Origin: an uncultured bacterium
GTDB taxonomy: Bacteria; Fermentibacterota; Fermentibacteria; Fermentibacterales; Fermentibacteraceae
Length of the DNA stretch: 64,000 nt
Assembly (NCBI GenBank): GCA_964569245.1
Contig: CAZMTK010000008.1
Span: 30,938-94,937, forward strand
Direction of reading: 5' to 3'
The notes under the pieces are model-generated. The model had not been told where the DNA came from. It worked only from the letters and a program-made list of their open reading frames with translations, and did not search any database. The translations under genes were made by a program, and so were the position numbers. Of the stretch, positions 18,901-27,900 are shown one piece after another. Every line of letters begins with the position of its first letter. The stretch's first letter is position 1.

Positions 18901-19230
18901 ATGGAGCACAGGGTCCTTCCTGCGACATGGAAGAGCAAGGGTTCGCTCGCCCGCGTGATAGCGGACATGGAATCCGGGGGCTGGAGCGTGGCCACCTTCG
19001 GGGAGGTCTTCAGCGGCAGCATCCTGGTGATGATCCGGGACGGGCGCCAGTGGTCCCACGAGGTGGTCCAGCTCTTCTGGAAGATGAAGGACAACGTCGC
19101 TCAGCTCATAAGGGAGCGGGAGAAGGACGGCTGGGAGGTCGCCGCCATCGGAGACTGCCTCGGCGGCACAGTCATGATCCTCAAGAAGGTAGTCGGCGTC
19201 AGCCAGGGCGAACAGACAGCATCCTCCTGA
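18901..19230 (+). CDS. Small protein with two internal repeats, DUF4177-like
   Basis: Start MEHRVLP. Two ~40-aa repeats (GGWSVATFGEVFSGSILVM / DGWEVAAIGDCLGGTVMIL). Converges on the 19199-20821 gene with a 32-nt 3' overlap. Confidence 0.45.
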   Translation: MEHRVLPATWKSKGSLARVIADMESGGWSVATFGEVFSGSILVMIRDGRQWSHEVVQLFWKMKDNVAQLIREREKDGWEVAAIGDCLGGTVMILKKVVGVSQGEQTASS

Positions 19231-20821
19231 CCACGGCGACGGTTGCGGCATACACCGGCTCGACCCCTCGCTCTCCGAGAGGCTCCGAGAGCAGATCCCC
19301 CGAGAGCGGCGCATCAGAGGCGTAGTAGGCGATGCCTGCCTCGGTTCCGGCCGCCAGCCTTCCCCTCAGCACGGCATGCCGGACCGCCTTGGCGTACGGG
19401 ATGCCCTCCATCTCCACGCCGAGGGCTCTCCACCTGGTTCTGAAGTATTCGAGGACCTCGGCATTCTGGAGGAACGTGCCCGCAACGGTCAGCATGGGCC
19501 CTCCGGTGTGGACCGTGAAGTCGCCGAGACCGGCGAAGTCCTCGGGGCGCAGGCAGTTCCCGATGTCATAGACCTCCCCGGATCCCTGCTTCACGAAGAA
19601 TGAGGGGAGCATGACGTCCCCCCTCGACCCGGTCAGGGTGCCCGCCTTCCCGACGATGAAGACGCTCCGGAGGACGCTCCCCAGGGCCTCCATGATCTCG
19701 TTGAAGATGAAGAAGCCCTCCTCGCCGAAGGCGTAGTCCATGTTGACCATCACGCCCTCGTGCCGTCCGTTCCAGCCCAGCCTCGGGTCGGCCAGAGAGC
19801 CGTCGATGCGAGACATGTCCACGATCTGGCAGGCCGGCATCCCCGGCGCCACCGGGATGTGATGGATGCCTGCAGCCCGGTCCTCGGCCATCCTTTCCTC
19901 GCCGGACCAATCCGGCAGAAGCCTTCTCAGCTCACCGTAGTCCGGCGAATCGCCCATTCCGGCCTCCGCCGCCCTCCTCCCGACCCAGGGAGAGAGGACG
20001 TTGACGAGACTGTGCGTATTGCTGGAGACGAGGTGGAGAGGCGCTCCTGAAAGGCCCAGTCGGCCGATGGCCTCGACCAGCAAGGCCGTCCATTCACGCG
20101 CCCTGCGGCTGTAGGTTCCGACCAGCCCGAATCTGTCCGAGAAGACCACCCTCAGGTCGCGGGGATGCGCCCTGGAGATGAAGCCGACGACCTCGGGGAG
20201 CCTCCCTTCCAGAGACTGGTCCAGCGACTTGAGCGCTCCGTACTCGCATCTCAGCTCGACCGAGAGCTCGTGCAGGAGCTGCTTCCTGCCCTCGTCGCCC
20301 GGGGGCGCAGCGCCGTCCGCAAGGGCGTCTATCGCCCTCCACACCGAGTAGAGTGCCGGATCCTCCGCAAGCTTGGACCTGTATTCGGAATACCTGGCCC
20401 TGATCTTGTCCGATTCTATCTGGTAGCAGGTAATGGCGGAGACGAAATCCAGCAGGTCGCTCATGCCGCCGCGGAATGCCGTGACGTAGCTCTCTGCGCC
20501 GGTTCTGAAGGTCGGCCTCCTGCGAGCCCTGGTACCGACAGGGTCGAAGTCGCGCGCAACCTCGCTCTCGATCTCCCGGGCTACGGTGATCTGCCTTACC
20601 GACCATATCCCGTCGGGCAGCCTCATCAGCACGTACTTCAGCGCTCCTGCATCTACCCTGTCGGGATCTCCGGCCAGGGGGTATAGCGCCGGCTTCGAAA
20701 GGACCATCAGCTTCCTGAGGCTGGAGCCCGACTCGCCTCCCGGCCTGTAGTAGCCCCTGAGGATTATCCCCTTCGCAAGGGTCTCGAACTCCTCGATCGC
20801 CAGTCTCGCCTCGAGGCTCAT
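19199..20821 (-). CDS. Two-domain protein: uncharacterised ~400-aa N-terminal region fused to a C-terminal nucleoside phosphorylase (PNP_UDP_1)-fold domain
   Basis: Start MSLEARL at 20821 (verified). C-terminal ~190 aa carry phosphorylase-superfamily signatures (FIVGKAGTL, GVEMEGIPYAKAV). I could not assign the N-terminal region to a family. Confidence 0.65.
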   Translation of the reverse strand: MSLEARLAIEEFETLAKGIILRGYYRPGGESGSSLRKLMVLSKPALYPLAGDPDRVDAGALKYVLMRLPDGIWSVRQITVAREIESEVARDFDPVGTRARRRPTFRTGAESYVTAFRGGMSDLLDFVSAITCYQIESDKIRARYSEYRSKLAEDPALYSVWRAIDALADGAAPPGDEGRKQLLHELSVELRCEYGALKSLDQSLEGRLPEVVGFISRAHPRDLRVVFSDRFGLVGTYSRRAREWTALLVEAIGRLGLSGAPLHLVSSNTHSLVNVLSPWVGRRAAEAGMGDSPDYGELRRLLPDWSGEERMAEDRAAGIHHIPVAPGMPACQIVDMSRIDGSLADPRLGWNGRHEGVMVNMDYAFGEEGFFIFNEIMEALGSVLRSVFIVGKAGTLTGSRGDVMLPSFFVKQGSGEVYDIGNCLRPEDFAGLGDFTVHTGGPMLTVAGTFLQNAEVLEYFRTRWRALGVEMEGIPYAKAVRHAVLRGRLAAGTEAGIAYYASDAPLSGDLLSEPLGERGVEPVYAATVAVVRRMLSVRPG

Positions 20822-21012
20822 GTTGCACCTCCGCTTCTCCGGCAATATGCTCGGACGGGCGCGGCTCCAGCGAGGTCCCGGCACCGCGCCGGACAGGCGC
20901 ATCGGGGAGGTCCCGTCCGGGGATGCTCCGGCGATCCTGTTGCAGAGCATCTCATGGGAACCGGCAGGCTTCCTGCCTGGTTTGTGCCTGCATGCCGAAA
21001 GGAGGCCCCTGA

Positions 21013-21342
21013 ATGGCCGGCATTCTGAAGAAGATCTCCGGAAAAGAGCTGTCCGTAGTCACCGCAGTGAAGGACCGGAACGTGCTGGTCGACTTCAGCG
21101 CATCCTGGTGCGGCCCGTGCCGGATGCTCCACCCCCAGCTCGAGCAGCTCGCAGCCGAGATGGACGGCTGGGACTTCTACGAGATCGACGTGGACGAGGC
21201 CCAGGAAGAGGCCGGGAAGCTAGGCATACGAAGCGTACCGACCATGATAGCATACTCGGGAGGCAGGGAGATCGACAGGCTGGTCGGCTTCCGGGACAAG
21301 GCCTCCCTCAAGAGCCAGCTCTCCGGCATCGCTGGAAGGTAG
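21013..21342 (+). CDS. trxA: Thioredoxin
   Basis: WCGPC active site; 109 aa; AAAGGAGG RBS. Confidence 0.9.
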   Translation: MAGILKKISGKELSVVTAVKDRNVLVDFSASWCGPCRMLHPQLEQLAAEMDGWDFYEIDVDEAQEEAGKLGIRSVPTMIAYSGGREIDRLVGFRDKASLKSQLSGIAGR

Positions 21343-21347
21343 AGCAG

Positions 21348-22313
21348 ATGATCGGCCTGCTGGCGGGAATGGCGGCGGGGCAGCCTTCGCAGAGTGCCGG
21401 CAGAAGGGATGTGGTGATCGCGGGCGGAGGGCCCGCCGGGCTTGCTGCGGCTCTCTACTCGGCCCGCTACAGGCTCTCCACGGTCGTGCTCGAAGGGTAC
21501 CAGCCGGGAGGGCAGGCTGCCCTCACGGACAGGATCGACAACTATCCCGGTGTTCCCGGGGCGAGAGGCCCGGAGCTGGCGGCCCTGATGCGTACCCAGG
21601 CCCGGGAGGCCGGTGCCGAGATCGTTCCCGCCCGTGCACAGCGCTCCTTCTTCTCCGGCGACGGCTTCACGACCGAGACTGACTCCGGCGTCTTCGAGTC
21701 TCCGGTTCTCGTAGTCGCCACCGGCGCCGCGCCGAGGAAGCTGGGTGTGCCCGGAGAGGAGAGACTCTATGGACGCGGGGTGAGCTACTGCGCCACCTGC
21801 GACGCGCCTTTCTTCAAGAACAGACGGGTGCTGGTGGTAGGCGGAGGCGACAGCGCGGTCAAGGAGGCCCTGCACCTCGCCGGCTACGCCTCCAGTGTCA
21901 CCCTGGTCCACAGGAGGGACGCCCTCAGGGCCGAGCCGGTGCTGGCCCGCAAGCTCCTCGACAGCCCGGTGTGCGACGTGGTCTGGAGCTCGAGGCTCCT
22001 CGAGATACGCGGCGGAGACGAGGTCGAATCCGTTCTCCTCGACACCCCGGGCGGGCAGCGGGAGCTGGGGATGGACGGCGTGTTCATCTACGTAGGCCGA
22101 CGCGCCGAAACCGATCCGTTCAGGGACCTGCTGGAGCTGCGCGAGGACGGCACGGTGGTGACCGAAGGCATCGTCCGCACCTCGCGCCGGGGGGTCTTCG
22201 CCGCCGGCGATGTCACGGGGCACGAACCGAGGCAGATCGTCACCGCCGTGGCCGACGGAGCCCGTGCGGCAGCGGCTGCCTACGAGTACCTGCAGCACAG
22301 GCCTGCAGTCTGA
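21348..22313 (+). CDS. trxB: Thioredoxin-disulfide reductase
   Basis: FAD motif VVIAGGGPAG, redox CATC, NADPH motif VVGGGDSA. Starts 6 nt after the trxA stop; the upstream track extension is out of context. Confidence 0.9.
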   Translation: MIGLLAGMAAGQPSQSAGRRDVVIAGGGPAGLAAALYSARYRLSTVVLEGYQPGGQAALTDRIDNYPGVPGARGPELAALMRTQAREAGAEIVPARAQRSFFSGDGFTTETDSGVFESPVLVVATGAAPRKLGVPGEERLYGRGVSYCATCDAPFFKNRRVLVVGGGDSAVKEALHLAGYASSVTLVHRRDALRAEPVLARKLLDSPVCDVVWSSRLLEIRGGDEVESVLLDTPGGQRELGMDGVFIYVGRRAETDPFRDLLELREDGTVVTEGIVRTSRRGVFAAGDVTGHEPRQIVTAVADGARAAAAAYEYLQHRPAV

Positions 22314-22321
22314 GGAGGGTC

Positions 22322-23035
22322 ATGCCGCTCTTGTCACCCGCCGACGCGGAGCACGTTCGAAAGCTGTTCTCGACCATCGCCTCCGACGTCCGCCTGAGGC
22401 TCTACACGCAGAGGCTCAACTGCGAATCCTGTTTCGACGCCGAGCGCATCGTGTCCGAGCTGTCGGAGCTCTCCGACCGCCTGAAGGTGGAGGTCCTCAA
22501 CGCCCTCACGGACGCGGAACGGCGCGAGGCCGACGGGGTGGAGAACGTGCCCGCCCTTATCGTGAGCGACGGAACGCACTCGAGGGTGAGGTTCTACGGG
22601 GCGCCCTCGGGATACGAGTTCTCGACTCTCCTGACCGCGATAGCGGATGCCGGAACCCCGGGAGACCGCCTCGAGAAGCCGGTTCTCGATTTCCTCTCCT
22701 CCCTCTCCCAGGATCTTCTGGTCAGGGTCTTCGTCACCCCTACATGCCCCCACTGCCCCAGGGCGGCCGTCACGGCCGTCAGGATGGCCGCCGCGAGCCC
22801 CCGCGTGAGGACCGAGATCATCGAGGCGAACGAGTTTCCCGATCTCTCGCGGAGATTCAGGGTGCAGGGCGTCCCGAGGACGGTCGTGAACGACCTGATC
22901 CATCTCGAGGGAGCCTTGCCGGAGGCCGCCTTCGCCAGGGCGCTGGGCCTCGCGCTTCCCCTCCTCTCCGCAGGCGAGCCGGTGGACCTGGCGGCGCTCC
23001 TGGCCCGACAGCGGGAGGAGGAGGCCGGGAAGTGA
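22322..23035 (+). CDS. Glutaredoxin-like / protein-disulfide oxidoreductase (two thioredoxin-fold units, TIGR02187-like)
   Basis: Start 9 nt after the trxB stop behind GAGGAGGG. CxxC motifs (CESC; CPHCP) in two thioredoxin-like halves. Confidence 0.7.
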   Translation: MPLLSPADAEHVRKLFSTIASDVRLRLYTQRLNCESCFDAERIVSELSELSDRLKVEVLNALTDAERREADGVENVPALIVSDGTHSRVRFYGAPSGYEFSTLLTAIADAGTPGDRLEKPVLDFLSSLSQDLLVRVFVTPTCPHCPRAAVTAVRMAAASPRVRTEIIEANEFPDLSRRFRVQGVPRTVVNDLIHLEGALPEAAFARALGLALPLLSAGEPVDLAALLARQREEEAGK

Positions 23036-23802
23036 CCCCCTGGCTGCTTCTGGCCGCCGCCGCCGCTTCCGTGGAGTTTCCCATGGAGCCGGACGGCCTC
23101 CTCGGAGTCTACAGGTTCTTCGAGTCCGACGTTGCGCACTTCGTCTATGCGGAGATCGAGGCGAGGGTCATGCCGCTGCGTTCGGGCAGGTTCGAGACGC
23201 GGCTCGGCCTCCGGATGGACACCTACATGGGCGAGAGCTGGAACAACCCCGACATGAGGTTCAACATCTACGGCGGACACTGGAACATCACGGCCGAGCT
23301 GGGCTGGCGCACGGAGTGGGGGCTAGCGAGGATCTACACCGACCACGAGTGCTTCCACAACATAGACATGCCCGACACGCTGTCCGAGTACATGAACAAC
23401 ATCAAGGCGGGCGTGGTCCGCGACCGCCCGCATCTGGAGCCTTCGTCCTCTCTCGACCTGCTTCCCACTTCCGGGATTCCCTCGGGGTGGGCCTCAGTCG
23501 GATTCTACAGGCCTCGCGGCGAAGGCTTCCAGAAGGGACACGACTTCGACTGGTCTCTGCAGGGCGAGCTGGACGTCCCCCTTGCGGCGTACCGGCGCTG
23601 GACGGGCGGGCTGAGATACGTTCCGGAGTTCTTCTTCCACGACGATGGAGACGCCAGCTCGAGGCACCATGCCCTGGTCTACGGACGCTACGACGCCGGA
23701 GCCGGGGAGATCGAGTTTCACGTCACCCATTACATCCGCGATACGCAGCCCTTCCGCAGCCTGGACGGGGAGACCTTCGCAGGCTTCCGCTTCGTCTGGT
23801 AG
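23032..23802 (+). CDS. Putative outer-membrane beta-barrel protein
   Basis: GTG overlapping the upstream stop; short signal peptide; alternating amphipathic beta-strand pattern; C-terminal aromatic signature GFRFVW. Confidence 0.5.
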   Translation: MTPWLLLAAAAASVEFPMEPDGLLGVYRFFESDVAHFVYAEIEARVMPLRSGRFETRLGLRMDTYMGESWNNPDMRFNIYGGHWNITAELGWRTEWGLARIYTDHECFHNIDMPDTLSEYMNNIKAGVVRDRPHLEPSSSLDLLPTSGIPSGWASVGFYRPRGEGFQKGHDFDWSLQGELDVPLAAYRRWTGGLRYVPEFFFHDDGDASSRHHALVYGRYDAGAGEIEFHVTHYIRDTQPFRSLDGETFAGFRFVW

Positions 23803-23807
23803 CCGGT

Positions 23808-26555
23808 TCAGTCGCGGGACAGGCTGTCGGCAAGAGCAAGGGCCTTGCGAGCGGACTCCCGGTCGCCCGTGCAGAGCGCGGCCATGCCCCAGGCCCTCAG
23901 AGCCGCCGCACTCGAGGGCTCGGCTTCCAGAGCCTGTTCGGCGTGCTCCAGCGCGGGCCCGTACATTCCCAGAGACGTTTCCATCGACGACAGATCCGCG
24001 AGAAGCGCCGCGTCTGCGAGACCGGTAGCGCATGCCGCGTTCACGAGCATCCAGGCCTCCTCGGGCCGCTCCCTCTCCAGCATCACAGCCGCCCCCTGGT
24101 GCAGGGATGCGGCGAGCCTCCTTCCAGCCAGCAGGAAGTCCGGACAGCGCTCGAAGGCCTGGGACATCAGCTCCGCCTCCTTCGACAGGAGGAGGCTGTC
24201 GCGCGCGCACTCGGCCTCCTGGAAGAGGCCGACTGCCTCCCATGCATCGAGGAAGCCCTGGCCACAGAGGCTTTCGGCCCCGGCAGGCTGGACCCTCAGG
24301 TCCAGTATGCGGGAGATGTTCTGCGCCACGGTGGACGGGCCGAAAACGGCCCTGGGAGCCGAGCTCTCGAGGATCGGCCTGTCGTCGGTCACCACAGGCG
24401 CACCGCGGGCGTAGTCGGCGAGCTCCATCGGGCCCATGGCATAGAGAGACAGGAACACACCGGGCTCGTCCAGGCCGAATGGCTCCAGGTCCGCCGCCAC
24501 GGCGCCGTCGGCAAGATGCCCCGCGACCTGCGCCGGCTCGACCGGCAGATCCTTCCTTCCCACGAGCACCGCGTCGCGCCCGAGCAACCACATGGTGGCT
24601 TCGGGAAAGACGTCCAGGAATGTCGCGACGACCATCCTGCAGTCAGCGTCCGACATCTGGTAGAGAGGCAGCCACTGGCTCATCACCCCTCCGCTTGACA
24701 GCCTATCCCGAGCCAGTCTGTAGTACTCCCTGGTATAGAGGTTCACCACCCCGGAGAGTGCCGGGTGCATGGGCTCCTCCGTGATGACGTCGTAGACCGT
24801 GGTGGTCCCGGCGAGATGGTTCCTGCCGTCCTCGATCACCAGTCCGGCCCTGCCGCCGGAGATCACGCCGTGGTTCTGCGCTTCGAACGGCCCTGAGGCC
24901 TCGATGACGGCGGGGTTGATCTCCACGCAATCCAGCCGTTCGACCGACGGAAAGAGCGAGGCTGTCCCGGCCGTGATGCCCGTGCCGAAGCAGATCACGC
25001 ACACAGAGCGTGGCGAGGGATGGACCAGCATAGGGAAGTACGCCATCAGGCGGTTCTTCAGTGAGCCCTCGGGGGTCGTGGTCGAGGCCTGGCTGCCCCC
25101 GATGCTTATGACGAGGGCGGACGGCATGTCTCTGCTCTGGAGGACGGTGACGTCTCCGTCAGGAGACTCGGCGTGTCCGAGAAGCCTGTAGCCCGGGGGC
25201 ACTTCGATGCCCGGACCCCCGGCGATCGTCACCGCGAAACCGGCCGCCGCCAGAGCGGCGGCGAAGGCGGCCCTTCCCGGGAACCCCCGCGGGGTCGTCA
25301 CGGCAAGCGCCGAGGATGCGAGGAGGCCCGAGGCGGCGAAAGACCACCTGAGGCCTGCCGCCGGCAGAAGAACGAAGGCTGCCAGGAGGGAGCCCGCTAC
25401 AGCCCCTGCCGTGTTGGCGGCGGAGTACCTCCCGATCCCCGACGCCGACTTCCTCGGTTCGGGCGCATGCAGGGAGGACATCAGAGGAAAGGCGGCACCC
25501 GATGCGAATCCGGCAGGAAGCACGAGGAGGAACGCCGGGACATATCGCGCCGCCATCGCGGCCTCCAGCGACCCTGAAGCCCCGCGCGGCTCCAGAAGGG
25601 GAAGGCCGACCCTCAGGAGCAGGCCTGACAGAGGGATCCACAGGGCGAGGAACGCGAGTGCGCGAGCGGCGGCTCTCTCTCGGTCTGTGGATATGCATGC
25701 CGACGAGGCGGAACCGGCGGCGATTCCGCAGAGCACTGCTGCCAGCATCGTAGAGGTGGCATATGCGTTGTTGAATGCACCCCTTACCAGAGCCCTGGCC
25801 CACAGCACTTCCGATGCCAGCATGGCCGCGCCTGCGAGGAAACCGGCTGCAAGCCATTTCCTCCCGCCGTCCTTCTCACTGCAGGCACCCTCCCTGTGGA
25901 CCGTACCGGCCGGGACGGCGGAGCAGGGGGCGAGCCAGGAGAGCAGCGCCGCCGCAGCGCTGAGCAGGAGCCCTGCGCGGAGCGTGAATGCCATCCCGAA
26001 GCGGGGGATCAGCAGGAACCCGGACGTAACGGCTCCCGCGATGCCGCCCAAGGTGTTGAGTGAGTACATCGACGCCACGCCCTTTCCGACCCCGAGGTCC
26101 GTGGCGACTCCCCGAACCGCCACGGGGAGCGTGGCGCCCATGAGGACTGCTGGAACGCCGAGGATCGCGACGGACGAAGCGAACCTGGCCAGTGTGAGGA
26201 GAGGTCCCGGTCCCCATGATCCGTAGAGACCCGACAGCAGCGGGACCAGGAGGGCCTGGAGCGTGGGAGTGGCTGCAGCTCCAGCGAGGACTCCGATCTG
26301 CAGTGTCGCGTTGATCCTGAAGGGCCTGGCGCCCTTCCTGTCGCCGGTGCGTCCGAGGAGCCATCCCCCCAGCGCCATGCCGCCCATGAAGGCCGCGAGC
26401 GTCGCAGCCAGTGCCTGGCTGCTGCTGCCCGTCACGAGCGAGAGCCGTCTCGTCCAGACCACCTGGTAGATCAGGCCGGCCATGCCCGAGAGGAATAGCG
26501 AAGCTCCCATCAGGGTCAGGACGCCGGAACGGATTCGGTGAGCGTCGCCGGTCAA
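23808..26555 (-). CDS. Membrane-embedded spermidine/polyamine synthase-like fusion protein (polytopic N-terminal domain + SpeE-like aminopropyltransferase fold + C-terminal TPR)
   Basis: 915 aa; ~12 TM helices with MFS-like character. Central domain with aminopropyltransferase motifs (VCVICFGTGITAG, VYDVITEEPMHP). TPR-like C-terminus. Confidence 0.7.
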   Translation of the reverse strand: MTGDAHRIRSGVLTLMGASLFLSGMAGLIYQVVWTRRLSLVTGSSSQALAATLAAFMGGMALGGWLLGRTGDRKGARPFRINATLQIGVLAGAAATPTLQALLVPLLSGLYGSWGPGPLLTLARFASSVAILGVPAVLMGATLPVAVRGVATDLGVGKGVASMYSLNTLGGIAGAVTSGFLLIPRFGMAFTLRAGLLLSAAAALLSWLAPCSAVPAGTVHREGACSEKDGGRKWLAAGFLAGAAMLASEVLWARALVRGAFNNAYATSTMLAAVLCGIAAGSASSACISTDRERAAARALAFLALWIPLSGLLLRVGLPLLEPRGASGSLEAAMAARYVPAFLLVLPAGFASGAAFPLMSSLHAPEPRKSASGIGRYSAANTAGAVAGSLLAAFVLLPAAGLRWSFAASGLLASSALAVTTPRGFPGRAAFAAALAAAGFAVTIAGGPGIEVPPGYRLLGHAESPDGDVTVLQSRDMPSALVISIGGSQASTTTPEGSLKNRLMAYFPMLVHPSPRSVCVICFGTGITAGTASLFPSVERLDCVEINPAVIEASGPFEAQNHGVISGGRAGLVIEDGRNHLAGTTTVYDVITEEPMHPALSGVVNLYTREYYRLARDRLSSGGVMSQWLPLYQMSDADCRMVVATFLDVFPEATMWLLGRDAVLVGRKDLPVEPAQVAGHLADGAVAADLEPFGLDEPGVFLSLYAMGPMELADYARGAPVVTDDRPILESSAPRAVFGPSTVAQNISRILDLRVQPAGAESLCGQGFLDAWEAVGLFQEAECARDSLLLSKEAELMSQAFERCPDFLLAGRRLAASLHQGAAVMLERERPEEAWMLVNAACATGLADAALLADLSSMETSLGMYGPALEHAEQALEAEPSSAAALRAWGMAALCTGDRESARKALALADSLSRD

Positions 26556-26637
26556 GACTTCGCTCTCCCAGGGAGGCCGTCGAAGAGCCGGAGGGATGGA
26601 GGGCTTTCCTGGACTTGCACTGCGCAGGTCCCCCGCC

Positions 26638-27900
26638 CTAGATCTTCACACCGCCAGCCAGGACCGGGGGCACCGTCAGCCATCCCTTGCGCACCGGCGC
26701 TCCAAGGGCCTGGATCCGCGAGAAGAGGTCCAGGGGCTTCCAGTTCCAGCGGAAGTCCTTCACGGGTCTGCAGGAGCCGCCTTCGCAGAGGAATACTCCG
26801 TCCCTCGTCATGCCCGTGAGCTCCAGCGATTTCTGGTCCACGAACCTGATGTACCACAGCCTGCGGATTCTGACGCATCTCGGCGACATGGCAACGAGGT
26901 CGGCAGCTTCCCCAGAGTCTCCGTCCATTCCGTATGTGGAGGGGCTCGGCACTGCGGGGCGTCCGGTCTTCCGAGCCCAGAACCTGTCGCAGTGCATCGA
27001 ACGGACGACCCCCCTGTCTATCCACACCTGTTCGGAGCATGCCAGCCCGTCCTCGTCGAAGGGCCTTCCCGGGACGGGGCCGCCGAACTCGCTCCGGAGC
27101 GTGAACCGCTCCGATGCGACCTTTCTGCCTTCCATGCCGGCGAAGACGGTTATGCCCTCGTCGGAAGTTCTCGCGTTCAGCGACATGAGGATGAAGGGCA
27201 GCAGATCGGCTACGGCCTGAGGCTCCAGCACAACATCTACGACCCCTGGAGGCGACTCGCCCGGGTCTCGCGCCGCCAGGGCTTCCGAAAGAACCTGTTC
27301 GATGCAGTCCTCTACGGGAATACCCGCCCAGGATGTGGAGTGCGTCGAGAGGTAGCTGGAGCCGGTTCCGGCGTGAACCGTGAGCTGGAAGCCGGACTCC
27401 GTAGCCTGGTGCCAGGCCAGGTTCCCGGTGGAGGTCGCCAGCGCCGTCTTCTCGAAGGCCGTGCTGACAAGCCCTGCGGCTTCGGCCCCCGCAGAGGAGG
27501 CCGATCTTATCGCCGACACCGCAGCGCCCATCCTCGAGGCCGGCTCGACCGACGCCGTGGGCTCGTCCCAGGCTTCGACGACCGGGTACGCCTGTCCCGC
27601 CTCCACCGGAGGCATGTACTCCGGGTCTGGGACTGCAGTCTCGAGGAGCCGGTCGGCGGTCCTCGCGATCTCCGGGATGGCTGACCTGTCGATCCGGTGG
27701 GAGACGTACCCGGCCTTCCGCGAGCCGTCGCCGACCCGTATCGAGAGCTCCCTCTTGAAAGTGTCCATGTTCTGGGTGATCCGGTTCTGACCGAACCTGA
27801 CGGAGGCCAGTCTCTCCTCCGAGAGTGCGACGACCGCATGAGGCGCCTTGAGGCTCTCGAGAACAGCCTCGACGAAGGCCAGCATCTCCTCGCGATTCAC
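26638..27900 (-). CDS. pmbA: Metalloprotease PmbA/TldE (TldD/PmbA family)
   Basis: 420 aa, family-typical N- and C-terminal conserved blocks. ATGA-type overlap with tldD. Confidence 0.85.
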   Translation of the reverse strand: MNREEMLAFVEAVLESLKAPHAVVALSEERLASVRFGQNRITQNMDTFKRELSIRVGDGSRKAGYVSHRIDRSAIPEIARTADRLLETAVPDPEYMPPVEAGQAYPVVEAWDEPTASVEPASRMGAAVSAIRSASSAGAEAAGLVSTAFEKTALATSTGNLAWHQATESGFQLTVHAGTGSSYLSTHSTSWAGIPVEDCIEQVLSEALAARDPGESPPGVVDVVLEPQAVADLLPFILMSLNARTSDEGITVFAGMEGRKVASERFTLRSEFGGPVPGRPFDEDGLACSEQVWIDRGVVRSMHCDRFWARKTGRPAVPSPSTYGMDGDSGEAADLVAMSPRCVRIRRLWYIRFVDQKSLELTGMTRDGVFLCEGGSCRPVKDFRWNWKPLDLFSRIQALGAPVRKGWLTVPPVLAGGVKI

